From Candidatus Bathyarchaeia archaeon (lineage in GTDB: Archaea; Thermoproteota; Bathyarchaeia; Bathyarchaeales; Bathycorpusculaceae), in assembly GCA_038882955.1 (NCBI GenBank), contig JAVZNC010000004.1, forward strand, positions 126,349-190,348: 64,000 nucleotides of DNA. Direction: 5' to 3'. Shown here piece after piece: positions 1 through 8,731 of the stretch. Each line of letters opens with the position of its first letter. The stretch's first letter is position 1. The translations under genes and the position numbers were made by a program. The notes beneath the pieces were generated by a model. That model made no database searches, was not told the DNA's origin, and worked only from the letters and a program-made list of their open reading frames with translations.

Positions 1-49
1 GGTTAATCTTGTATTCTAAACTACGCTTCCTTCTCCTTTTTTCACTCAT
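1..49 (-). CDS. 5' end of a gene running off the window (MSEKRRRKRSLEYKIN...)
   Basis: ATG at 49 on the minus strand, GGTG-like SD upstream, frame open to the window edge. Confidence 0.4.
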   Translation of the reverse strand, partial: MSEKRRRKRSLEYKIN

Positions 50-526
50 TCAAAACACCACTTTCCATAAATTGAAAAACAAAAAAGGAGTTAGTGTGGG
101 TTTTAAGTGGAGAAATCTCCACTCTCAGCCGATTTACCTCACCTCGGCCACTTTCGTTTTGGTTTGTCATTGCTATTTTGTTTTGTAGGCGCTTATTTAG
201 GTTTTTGAGTTCGTCAATTTTACGTTTTATTATGTTGTTAAATTGATAGCCCCCTCTAGTTTTTCTTTGCGGGGCTTGACGTATCTAATTTTGGAATATG
301 GATTATATGAACTTGTGGACATAATGCTAATTGGTGGCCCATCCTTGAATGAGAAGAAGCTTCGCAAGATGCTTGAGAAGATGGTTATTCTAGCAGTGCT
401 GTTGAGGAAATTCTTAAGTGGTACACTTCTAATCCTTCGAAATAATGGGCTTGCGGCTAGTTGCGTTTTTGATTAAAGTTTATATGTGCAGTTTTACGTT
501 TAGATTAAATCAGCGGAAGTGTTTGT

Positions 527-1192
527 ATGAGAAAGTTTGGGTCTCTTGCTTTGCTGCTTGTTGTTTTGCTTTCAACGTTTGCTTTGGCATCCTCCACAGT
601 TGTTGCTGAATCGCTTGTACACGAGGAGATTATTGTCGTTTATGCTATCCCACCGCAGGACGACTCCATGAGTAATTCGCATTATGCACTGCTTCCATAC
701 CATTGGTATACGACAATTAATTATTGGATAAACCCGAAAAACAAGTATGGCTTTTCCACTTCGGCTGTTGTTGCAGCAATAACAATGTCGGCTGAGACTT
801 GGGATGCTGAAACAAGTTTTGAAGTTTTCGTCTACAAAGGAACAACCACCAGAACGGCTGGGAAACGCGACGGCTACAATGTAGTTTCCTGGGGCGCTTA
901 TCAAGCTGGCGTTATCGCGGTAACCTACATATGGGCAAGTGGAAGCCAAATCGTTGAAACTGACTGCCGCATGAACACCTATTACGTGTGGAGTTTGACT
1001 GGCGAGGCTGGGAAGATGGATGTGCAGAACATTATGACGCATGAGTTTGGACATTGGTGTGGCTTAAAAGACCTATACAACGACGCTGATTACTGGCTGA
1101 CAATGTATGGCTACGCAAACTTTGGAGAAACATATAAGCGGACACTTGGACTGGGCGACATCCTAGGACTACAAGCAGTCTACGGTCCATAA
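527..1192 (+). CDS. Secreted matrixin/metzincin-like zinc metalloprotease
   Basis: Signal peptide; HEFGHWCGLKD zinc motif followed by Met-turn (TMYGY). Confidence 0.85.
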   Translation: MRKFGSLALLLVVLLSTFALASSTVVAESLVHEEIIVVYAIPPQDDSMSNSHYALLPYHWYTTINYWINPKNKYGFSTSAVVAAITMSAETWDAETSFEVFVYKGTTTRTAGKRDGYNVVSWGAYQAGVIAVTYIWASGSQIVETDCRMNTYYVWSLTGEAGKMDVQNIMTHEFGHWCGLKDLYNDADYWLTMYGYANFGETYKRTLGLGDILGLQAVYGP

Positions 1193-1240
1193 AACTAAGC
1201 ATCCACATTTTCTTTGATTGTGAGCTGCGCTGCTGTTTAA

Positions 1241-2143
1241 ATGTTATATAGGGCTTGTTTGCAAAGTTGTGTTTCGGTGCTTTGTTTGATTGAAAGCGTT
1301 TGCATAAACGTTTTGGTTGACGATGTTGCCGGTGCTGAGGGTGGAGCTAGGCTTATTGCCAGACATGGCTTATCAATGTTTGTGCAAGCTAAAGCAGAGG
1401 ACGCGGATGTTTGTATTCTTTTGGATGTTGGCGCTTCTGCGGAGGCTTTGTTGAATAATGTTGACGTTGTTGGCGTTAATCTTCGAAAGACTGACGCGAT
1501 AGTGCTTAGCCACGGCCATTACGACCATGTGGACGGTTTGATTCCACTGCTTAGAGCAGTTGGCAAGAGCGTCCCAGTTTTTGCCCATCCAAGCGCGTTT
1601 TACCCAAAATTTTCTTACACGAAAAAGCTCAGGTTTATAGGCGCTTCTTTTGCGCTTTCGGATGTTAAGCAGGCTGGGGGCGTTCCGATTTTGACTAGGA
1701 ATGCTGTTAAGATTGCGGAGGGTTTAATGACCACCGGCGAGGTTGAACGTGTAAATGATTATGAGAAGCCTAAGGGATTTTTAACTTTTGAGGATGGGCG
1801 TCTCATTGAGGATGCGCTTGTGGATGACCAAGCGTTAATTATCAATTTGAAGAGTAAGGGTTTGATAATTTTAACTGGCTGTGCACATTCAGGCATAGTC
1901 AACACCATTTGTCATGCACAGAGGGTTGCTGGAACAAGGAAAGTTTATGCCGTTCTTGGCGGCTTCCACCTTGCCGACGCAACAAACCAGAGGCTACGTA
2001 AAACAATTGACGCCTTGAAGGGTTTCAGCCCAGAATTTTTTGGGCCTTGCCACTGCACTGGAAAGAAGGCCATTCGAAGGCTAACTGAGGCTTTTGGGAG
2101 TAAATGTCGCCAAATAAAAACTGGAGACGTTATAAAGTTTTAG
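1241..2143 (+). CDS. MBL-fold metallo-hydrolase (MJ0301/COG1237-like); true start probably TTG 1286
   Basis: HGLS, LSHGHYDH, DDQAL, TGCAHSG, GGFHL and PCHCTG motifs. Confidence 0.85.
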   Translation: MLYRACLQSCVSVLCLIESVCINVLVDDVAGAEGGARLIARHGLSMFVQAKAEDADVCILLDVGASAEALLNNVDVVGVNLRKTDAIVLSHGHYDHVDGLIPLLRAVGKSVPVFAHPSAFYPKFSYTKKLRFIGASFALSDVKQAGGVPILTRNAVKIAEGLMTTGEVERVNDYEKPKGFLTFEDGRLIEDALVDDQALIINLKSKGLIILTGCAHSGIVNTICHAQRVAGTRKVYAVLGGFHLADATNQRLRKTIDALKGFSPEFFGPCHCTGKKAIRRLTEAFGSKCRQIKTGDVIKF

Positions 2144-2144
2144 T

Positions 2145-4157
2145 TTAAGCGCCCATAAATGGTGAAAGTATTCTGTAGGCGATTCCGCCGAGTAGTAGAG
2201 CTAAGCCAACGTCAACAAAGGCTATTGTCAACGCCTTTTTCCATCCGAATTCTCTTATGCACGCGGCTATTGTGGCTATGCATGGAATGTAAATCATGAC
2301 CACAAGCGAGAAGACAATCATTTGGACAGCCTCTAAATTCGCTAGTGTCATACCTTGCTGTAGCAAAGCGCTTTCGAGGAGAATTAAGGCCAGTTCCTTG
2401 CGTAATACACCGAAGATTAATGGTATGCCCGCTGCCGCTGGAAGCCCAAGCCATCCACCTATGAGTGGCTCTAATGCGTTGACGACGTATACCATAAATC
2501 CAGACAAAGCTAAGGCTTCCATGATTAGGCTTCCAGCAACAATTATTGGAAAGGCCACATAAACAAAGTCCTTTGTTCTGCTCCAAGTTTTTATTGCGAT
2601 TAGTTTTGCTGAAGGCTTTTTGTAGGGCGGCATCTCCATAATTAGGCCCACTGGCTCGCCTGGAAGCGCCTTGAACGCTATTCTGCCCAAGACAAAGACG
2701 AGTATGAGGTCAAAGGCGTATAGGGCTAGTGCCGCATGTAAGCCAACATATCTGCCAACTAAGCCGAGGATAACGACGGTTCTTGCTGCGCATGGAATTA
2801 GTATAACAACAAACGCCGTTAAGAAACGTTCGCGTTCGGTCTCCATCATCCTACAGCCTATGCATGCGGGGACGCTGCAGCCATAGCCAAGCATTAGCGG
2901 GATGAAAGCTTTTCCGTGCAATCCTATTTTGTGCATGATGTTGTCCATTAGGAATGCTGCCCTTGGCAGGTAGCCGCTGTCCTCCAAAAGCGCCAACATC
3001 ACGTAGAAGGGTATGATGTAGGGCAAGGCTATGGTTATTCCTGCAACTATGCCTCCGACCAGTCCATGATTGATTAGTTCTACTGCCGTTGCAGGAAGGA
3101 ACCGCGACAAAGCATTTGTAATGTATGCGGTTAGGCTTTCGAAAATTGTGTTCATGGCTTCGGAAAGCATGTTTCCACCGACAAATATTACAGTGAATAT
3201 TAGCGCTGCTACCGCTGCTAAAATTGGGTAGCCAAGCACCTTATGTGTTGTTATCGCGTCAAGCTTCTGTTCTAGGCTTATTCTTGGCGGAGACTCTATT
3301 ATGACCGTTTCTTTTGCAATCTTGTTTGCAAGCGAATACCTTTCAGAAGCCAAAACCACGGGCGATGGCTCCCCATGTATTTCTTCAAGTTCCGAAGCTA
3401 TTTTTTCCGTGTAATTCAGAACATCGCTTCCGTTTTCATAGTTTTTCAGCTTTCCAGCAACGTCAGCGTCTCGCTCCAAAAGTTTTATGGCAATCCACCT
3501 TGCAGGATAAACAGTGCACAAGTGGGCAAGCTTTTCTGCAACAATTTTTTCTAAATTTTGGATTTTTTCTTCAATTTCGCCTCCAAACCTAACCTTTAAA
3601 GGGTTAAGTTTTATCTCGCCATTTATCACCATAATAACTGTTGAAAGTAGCTCGTTTATTCCGCTTCCAGTTATGGCTACTGTTGGAACGACTGGAACCC
3701 CTAAAATCTCGGAAAGCTTTTGTGCGTCGATTCTCATGCCCTTCTTGGCTGCTAGGTCAACCTGATTTAAAGCAACAATTATTGGCGCTTCAAGCTCCAA
3801 AAGCTGCAGCGTAAAGTACAAGTTGCGCTCAAGCGCCGAAGCATCCACCACGTTAATTATTATGTCTGGTTTTTCAACAGCAATGTAATCGCGTGAAACG
3901 ATTTCTTCCATGGAAAACGTGGAAAGTGAATATATCCCAGGCAAATCAATAACGCGGATTTTGTAGCCTTTAAAGTGGAGCGTTCCTTCAGCCCTTTCAA
4001 CGGTTTTTCCAGGCCAGTTTCCAACAATCTGGTTTAAGCCCGTAAGTTGGTTGAATATGGCGCTTTTTCCAACATTTGCGTTTCCAGCAAGCGCTATCCT
4101 TAGGGTTTTTCCTTCTCCAGAATCTTTGCTTTTTGCTTGTATGTGGCAGCTAGCCAT
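2145..4157 (-). CDS. feoB: Ferrous iron transporter FeoB
   Basis: GNANVGKS, GNWPGKTVE and DLPGIYSL GTPase motifs; LEDSGYLPRAA and PCAAR in the membrane domain. Confidence 0.97.
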   Translation of the reverse strand: MASCHIQAKSKDSGEGKTLRIALAGNANVGKSAIFNQLTGLNQIVGNWPGKTVERAEGTLHFKGYKIRVIDLPGIYSLSTFSMEEIVSRDYIAVEKPDIIINVVDASALERNLYFTLQLLELEAPIIVALNQVDLAAKKGMRIDAQKLSEILGVPVVPTVAITGSGINELLSTVIMVINGEIKLNPLKVRFGGEIEEKIQNLEKIVAEKLAHLCTVYPARWIAIKLLERDADVAGKLKNYENGSDVLNYTEKIASELEEIHGEPSPVVLASERYSLANKIAKETVIIESPPRISLEQKLDAITTHKVLGYPILAAVAALIFTVIFVGGNMLSEAMNTIFESLTAYITNALSRFLPATAVELINHGLVGGIVAGITIALPYIIPFYVMLALLEDSGYLPRAAFLMDNIMHKIGLHGKAFIPLMLGYGCSVPACIGCRMMETERERFLTAFVVILIPCAARTVVILGLVGRYVGLHAALALYAFDLILVFVLGRIAFKALPGEPVGLIMEMPPYKKPSAKLIAIKTWSRTKDFVYVAFPIIVAGSLIMEALALSGFMVYVVNALEPLIGGWLGLPAAAGIPLIFGVLRKELALILLESALLQQGMTLANLEAVQMIVFSLVVMIYIPCIATIAACIREFGWKKALTIAFVDVGLALLLGGIAYRILSPFMGA

Positions 4158-4449
4158 TCGACTCTTTCCTCAACGGTTTGACGAAAATTTTTGAGGCTAC
4201 ACCGTAGCCTAGGGCTAGGGCTACGCCTCTGACTTCTACTTCGACTGGACCGCGGAATGGACACTTTTTGGTGAGTTTAACTTCAACTCCTGGGGTTAAT
4301 CCCATCTCTGCTAGTCTTCTGATTAATCCAAATCCGCCTATGGCATGCGCCACAACGCCTTTTGCTCCTTCTGGAAGACTTGTTAGAGAGACTATTTGCG
4401 CATTGTTTTGCTGGTCTTGCTTTCTGTCTTTTGATTCCATGGTGTTCAC
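4150..4449 (-). CDS. feoA: FeoA family protein
   Basis: RRLAEMGLTPG...PFRGPV SH3-like motif; directly upstream of feoB. Confidence 0.93.
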   Translation of the reverse strand: MNTMESKDRKQDQQNNAQIVSLTSLPEGAKGVVAHAIGGFGLIRRLAEMGLTPGVEVKLTKKCPFRGPVEVEVRGVALALGYGVASKIFVKPLRKESNG

Positions 4450-5114
4450 CTCTTCGCTTTTGCTTTTCTAACCCAGATTCGTGAAACATCCTCGTTGCTT
4501 AGGCTGCTTTCTTTCCCGGCAATGCACAAAATCATGCTTGTGGGTTTTCTTTTTACGATGTGTATTGGGGCGCCTGGCTTTATTCCGATGTTTGCGAATT
4601 TTGTGAGCGATTGGCGTTTTTCATCTGTTATTTTAGCTACTATGACTGTTTCGTTTATGGCTGTCTCCGCGAGCGGATAGCATGATTCCTCTTCAATCTT
4701 TCCGTTTTCTGTGGGTATAGGGTTTCCGTGTGGGCAAAACCTTGGATGTCCAAGTTTCCTTTCGAGAAGCTTTACGATGTCTTTTGAAAGTGCGTGTTCA
4801 AGTTTGCAAGCGCTTTCGTGAACCTCGCTCCACTCAGCCTTCAAAATATCTGTTAATAGCCTCTCGGCAAGCCTATGCCTTCTCAAAACGTCCAAAGCCA
4901 GCTTTTCGCCTTCGGCTGTGAGCCTAACGCCCTTGTATGGTTCATGCCTAACCAAACCATGCCTTTCCAGATGCTCAATAGTGTTGGTTATGGAGCCCGG
5001 CACAACATTAAGCTCCTTGGCTAGTTCAGAAGTTTTAGCAACTCCGCTTCTCTTTTGAAGTCTGTAAATTGCCTCGACGTACTCTTCAGCCTCGCTTGAA
5101 AGCTCAACGCTCAT
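4446..5114 (-). CDS. DtxR/IdeR metal-dependent transcriptional repressor with C-terminal FeoA domain
   Basis: EEYVEAIY, RRHRLAERLL, ACKLEH and CPHGNPIP motifs; heads the feo operon. Confidence 0.95.
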   Translation of the reverse strand: MSVELSSEAEEYVEAIYRLQKRSGVAKTSELAKELNVVPGSITNTIEHLERHGLVRHEPYKGVRLTAEGEKLALDVLRRHRLAERLLTDILKAEWSEVHESACKLEHALSKDIVKLLERKLGHPRFCPHGNPIPTENGKIEEESCYPLAETAINETVIVAKITDEKRQSLTKFANIGIKPGAPIHIVKRKPTSMILCIAGKESSLSNEDVSRIWVRKAKAKR

Positions 5115-5131
5115 TTTCTTGCAGCCTCAAA

Positions 5132-5147
5132 TTACGAGCTCTCGTAA
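5132..5147. promoter_or_regulatory. Inverted repeat TTACGAG-CT-CTCGTAA, putative DtxR operator of the dtxR-feoAB operon
   Basis: Perfect 7-bp arms between a minus-strand BRE/TATA-like element (~5168-5180) and the dtxR start. Confidence 0.6.
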
Positions 5148-5719
5148 ATTTAAATGAAGCGCAGCCCGATAAACCTTTCGCAAGCTCGAAGCAAAACGAA
5201 ACTTAAATAATCATGAAAACATAAAGCAAAGCAGGACAAGGTTCTATTAAGAAACTATTATATTGTTCGCTAAAAATCCATGCCAAAGAGAAAGTTTGTA
5301 TCCTGTTTCACGTATATGTTGCTGTGTAAGGATGTAAAAATTCATAAAAAGCGTTTACTTGTGTTTGCGAAAAATAGACGAATCGTTTAAAATTTAATAA
5401 AAAATGAAAAATTAGACATCTAAAAACTGTGTTTTTACAAGAATTGTTTGACTGCCAATATAGCATTTTTTTCTATTAAAATAACGAACTGCGAATTTAC
5501 AGCATAACATGCTTCCAAGCTACATTCCTAGAAAAAATCCAAGAATTTCGGAAATATGATGCCATGCTCACCCATGTTGATGCAATGGTTCAATCGGAAG
5601 TAAGGGAGTACCTAGGTAGAATCAATGTTTTCTAGGGGCAATGGTTTCCAATACCATACTTATGAAATCTTTTAAGTGTCAAATTAAGTCCGAGCACTGC
5701 AAACAGATTCTTTTTGAAT

Positions 5720-6139
5720 TTACCCTTGTTCTCCTATTACTTGGATTATTACTGTTCGTCTTCTCGGATAAACGTCGGTTTCCACAAAAATGAGTGATTG
5801 CCATGTTCCAAATTCTATTCTGCCGTCTATTACTGGAAGCGTTTTGTCTGGTGGCAGTAGCACTGACCTTAGGTGTGCGTGGGCGTTTGATGGATGCGCA
5901 TATCCGCCATGTTTTGGAACTATTTTTTCCAGGAGGGCTTTTATGTCGTTTAGTAGGCCGTGCTCGTTTTCTGTTAGGATTAGTATTCCAGTTGCATGCG
6001 GCGCGAAAACGTGGACTATGCCGTTCTTTATTCCCGACTTTGAAACTGCCTCTTGAACCTTGCTTGTTAAGTCCACGAAGTCTATTTCGCCTTTTGTTGA
6101 GAAGCTTACTGTTGTGTTAAAGATTTTGAAGTTAGACAA
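5720..6139 (-). CDS. yjbQ: YjbQ/UPF0047 family protein
   Basis: PHATG.LILTENE, HPSNAHAHLRS and FGTWQS motifs. Confidence 0.9.
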   Translation of the reverse strand: MSNFKIFNTTVSFSTKGEIDFVDLTSKVQEAVSKSGIKNGIVHVFAPHATGILILTENEHGLLNDIKALLEKIVPKHGGYAHPSNAHAHLRSVLLPPDKTLPVIDGRIEFGTWQSLIFVETDVYPRRRTVIIQVIGEQG

Positions 6140-6148
6140 GCCCCCTTT

Positions 6149-6697
6149 TCACTCCAGCATTTTCGCCATAATCAACTCGTCTATGTACTCGCCATTCTTG
6201 AAAAACTTTTTTGGAACACGCCCAGTAACGGCAAACCCAACTTTCTCGTAAACGTGGATTGCACGCTTGTTGCTCGCGAACACGGATAGCGTCAAAACCT
6301 TCAAGCCCATTTCACGCGCCTTCTCGATTAACGTTTTCATTATTTCCGTGCCGATACCAACATCCCTAAAGCCATCCTTAACTATTATACCCAAAACACC
6401 AACATGCCTCGCAAAACCGCTGCGCGGATGAATATCAGAAGACGCAACAATTTTTCCGTCAACCTCCGCCACAAGATAAAAAGCCTCGCCCTTCTCTACA
6501 CTCGCGAGCGTTTTAGAAAGCCAGTCAATCTCCTCATCTCTAGAAACCCTTTCAGTCCTAAGAATATCAGCGCCTTCCTCAACAAGCGAATTAATCAGCT
6601 CCAGCAAATCGTCCAAGTCTTCCCAATTAGGAGTTCGTAGAACAACACTCCGCCCGTCCTTGACGTTAAAGGTCCTTATGATTTTACCAGTTTTCAT
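6149..6697 (-). CDS. GNAT family N-acetyltransferase
   Basis: FRDVGIGT acetyl-CoA motif; LSVFASNKRAIHVYEKVGF. Confidence 0.9.
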   Translation of the reverse strand: MKTGKIIRTFNVKDGRSVVLRTPNWEDLDDLLELINSLVEEGADILRTERVSRDEEIDWLSKTLASVEKGEAFYLVAEVDGKIVASSDIHPRSGFARHVGVLGIIVKDGFRDVGIGTEIMKTLIEKAREMGLKVLTLSVFASNKRAIHVYEKVGFAVTGRVPKKFFKNGEYIDELIMAKMLE

Positions 6698-6861
6698 GAT
6701 AGTAAATTGCGTAGCAAAACCTTTAACACTTTCCAATTTTCAAAAGCTTTCGTCGATGCTTTTGTATACGAAAGCCGAGACTGGTGACTCTGAAAAAGCC
6801 ATGGTGATACATAAAAGCCAAAGGTATTCCAAATACAACCAACACAACCAAAAAGCAAAAC

Positions 6862-8262
6862 TTAAACATAACAAAACGAAAAATCTAAAACATCACGCCT
6901 ACACCAAACAAAGTAAACACAAGCATCCGCAGAAATTTCCTGACTGTTAGAATGCTTTACTGGAAACTTCCGTTTTTTTACGATACGATACAAAAATAAG
7001 GTTGAAACACTCAGAAGCAGTAGTATACATCCGTACAATGCAACATTTTTCGTCACCTCCACCACCGTGTAATATTCCGAAAACTTTTCTAAACTTCCAG
7101 AATAATTAAGTGGTGCTGTTACAGCTGCGTGTCTGTCACTTGCCCCTCCTAAAGCATCTATTTTAAATTCTAGACTTATGTCAATGCTATTCGATTGCGA
7201 TGGAGATATCCCCCAGTTTATAGATTTGCTTTGTACCAAATATTTGTCATTTTTCTGTTGATCGTAATCCACGTAGCTAACAATGTTGTTACCTATTCGT
7301 GCAATCCTACACTCTGTTGAATAGTACCATTCTATGCTCTCATTCTTATAGGGTGAAACAAAATTTATATGATATGTTGGCGTAGATGCGAAATTTGAAA
7401 TAAACCATTCAGCCGTCTCATTAAAATTCCAGAAGTGATAATTGCGTGTCGTAAGCGTCGTGTTAATCCAATCTAAAATATAACTTGTGATTCCTTCCTC
7501 GTAACACCAGTCCCACTCAAACTGAACACAAACATAACCAAAAGGAAAACTTCCTGCCAAACTATTATCAATCATGTTCAAAAAGTAAGTTTTTGCCTTA
7601 TTAACATCGCCTGAAAAGACGCGCTTAATTAAGTTTAATGGATGCAATTGAATGCTATGAGCATATTTAAAAGAAGCAATCCAATCCCATGAGGCATGAG
7701 GCAAAATAATAATGCCCCTTTGGTTTGATGGAATTAGAACATGAGTATCTGAAGCGTAATAAGGCATTTGGAACCCTCCACGCATACTCATGTAATCGAT
7801 TATCCACTGGTCAAAACAATAACCTTGATAGTAAACGATGCCTTTAGAATAGAGATACCGTGCGGTATAAGTGTCGGGTATATAATCAAAAACTCCTTTA
7901 GGAGTGCAACCCAAACTGTTGTTATACTTAACTATTGTCGCGTCAACTTTAGCTTCTCTTTCCGTGGGTGAAAGTTGCTGGACATATGCCAAACGGGGAA
8001 TTATTTCACCATATTGCTTAAGCTTACTTATTCTCGTGGCATTGCTCAAAATAGAATCTTCAGCGCACTCCCAAATGCAGAATGTAAAGTGGGAAAAGTT
8101 CAGCATATCTAACCAAGATGCTAATGCGTCAAAATTAGATGCGTCATCTATTATAACGCTGAAATTTACAACATCCGTTTTTTCACTATTAACCGAAACT
8201 TGGTTAAAATTTTGGAAAACCAAAATTGTAAGAACAAAGAAAATTAAGCGCTTATCCAACAA
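6862..8262 (-). CDS. Secreted, C-terminally membrane-anchored protein of unknown function (possible carbohydrate-active barrel)
   Basis: 466-aa ORF with signal peptide, aromatic-rich body and TM helix plus basic tail near the C-terminus; AT-rich DNA. Confidence 0.6.
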   Translation of the reverse strand: MLDKRLIFFVLTILVFQNFNQVSVNSEKTDVVNFSVIIDDASNFDALASWLDMLNFSHFTFCIWECAEDSILSNATRISKLKQYGEIIPRLAYVQQLSPTEREAKVDATIVKYNNSLGCTPKGVFDYIPDTYTARYLYSKGIVYYQGYCFDQWIIDYMSMRGGFQMPYYASDTHVLIPSNQRGIIILPHASWDWIASFKYAHSIQLHPLNLIKRVFSGDVNKAKTYFLNMIDNSLAGSFPFGYVCVQFEWDWCYEEGITSYILDWINTTLTTRNYHFWNFNETAEWFISNFASTPTYHINFVSPYKNESIEWYYSTECRIARIGNNIVSYVDYDQQKNDKYLVQSKSINWGISPSQSNSIDISLEFKIDALGGASDRHAAVTAPLNYSGSLEKFSEYYTVVEVTKNVALYGCILLLLSVSTLFLYRIVKKRKFPVKHSNSQEISADACVYFVWCRRDVLDFSFCYV

Positions 8263-8731
8263 TAATTCGCCTCAAGCAGTCTTCGTATAGGGATTAGCCA
8301 AAAACGCTTTATAAGAAATACGTTGCGCTGCAGTCAAAATTGGTGCATTGAAAAATAGGCAAAATTTCGAAGCACAGCGAACTACGCAATTCTTTGTTTA
8401 GTATGGAGATTTTCGACAGTTTTTATATGAAGCTCCCGTGAAGTCCATGCTTCTGGTTTAACTGGCAAGATGAAAAGCAATAAAAATGCTTCTTTTCCAG
8501 TTTTAAGCCTAATTTTGGCTTCTAGAATTTTTGTTCACTCTGACTGTGCATGCAGCCTTTCGCGTGGAAAATATTTCGGATTGAAACAGCCAAAAAATGT
8601 AGTTTTAATTTGAAAATGCCGCTTTAATTTTGTCAATTTTTTATGAAGTTTTTAAACGGTTCTCGTTTGTAAGCCTTATAGACTCTGGTTTTGGTATATT
8701 GCCGATTTTGAAATAACCGCTATTATACCTC

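Noticed and set aside
95-152. TPP-riboswitch-like stem followed by CUGAGA on the minus strand
   Set aside because: The pyrophosphate-sensing half (CCUGAU...UAAU...GCGUAGGGA) is absent; kept only as an unnamed structured leader
243-476. 77-aa ORF from the track
   Set aside because: TTG start, no SD or recognisable motif; lies in a divergent promoter region
5200-5719. About 500-bp AT-rich gap; looked for a pseudogene, sRNA or IS remnant
   Set aside because: Only short unrecognisable frames; no terminal inverted repeats or complete C/D boxes
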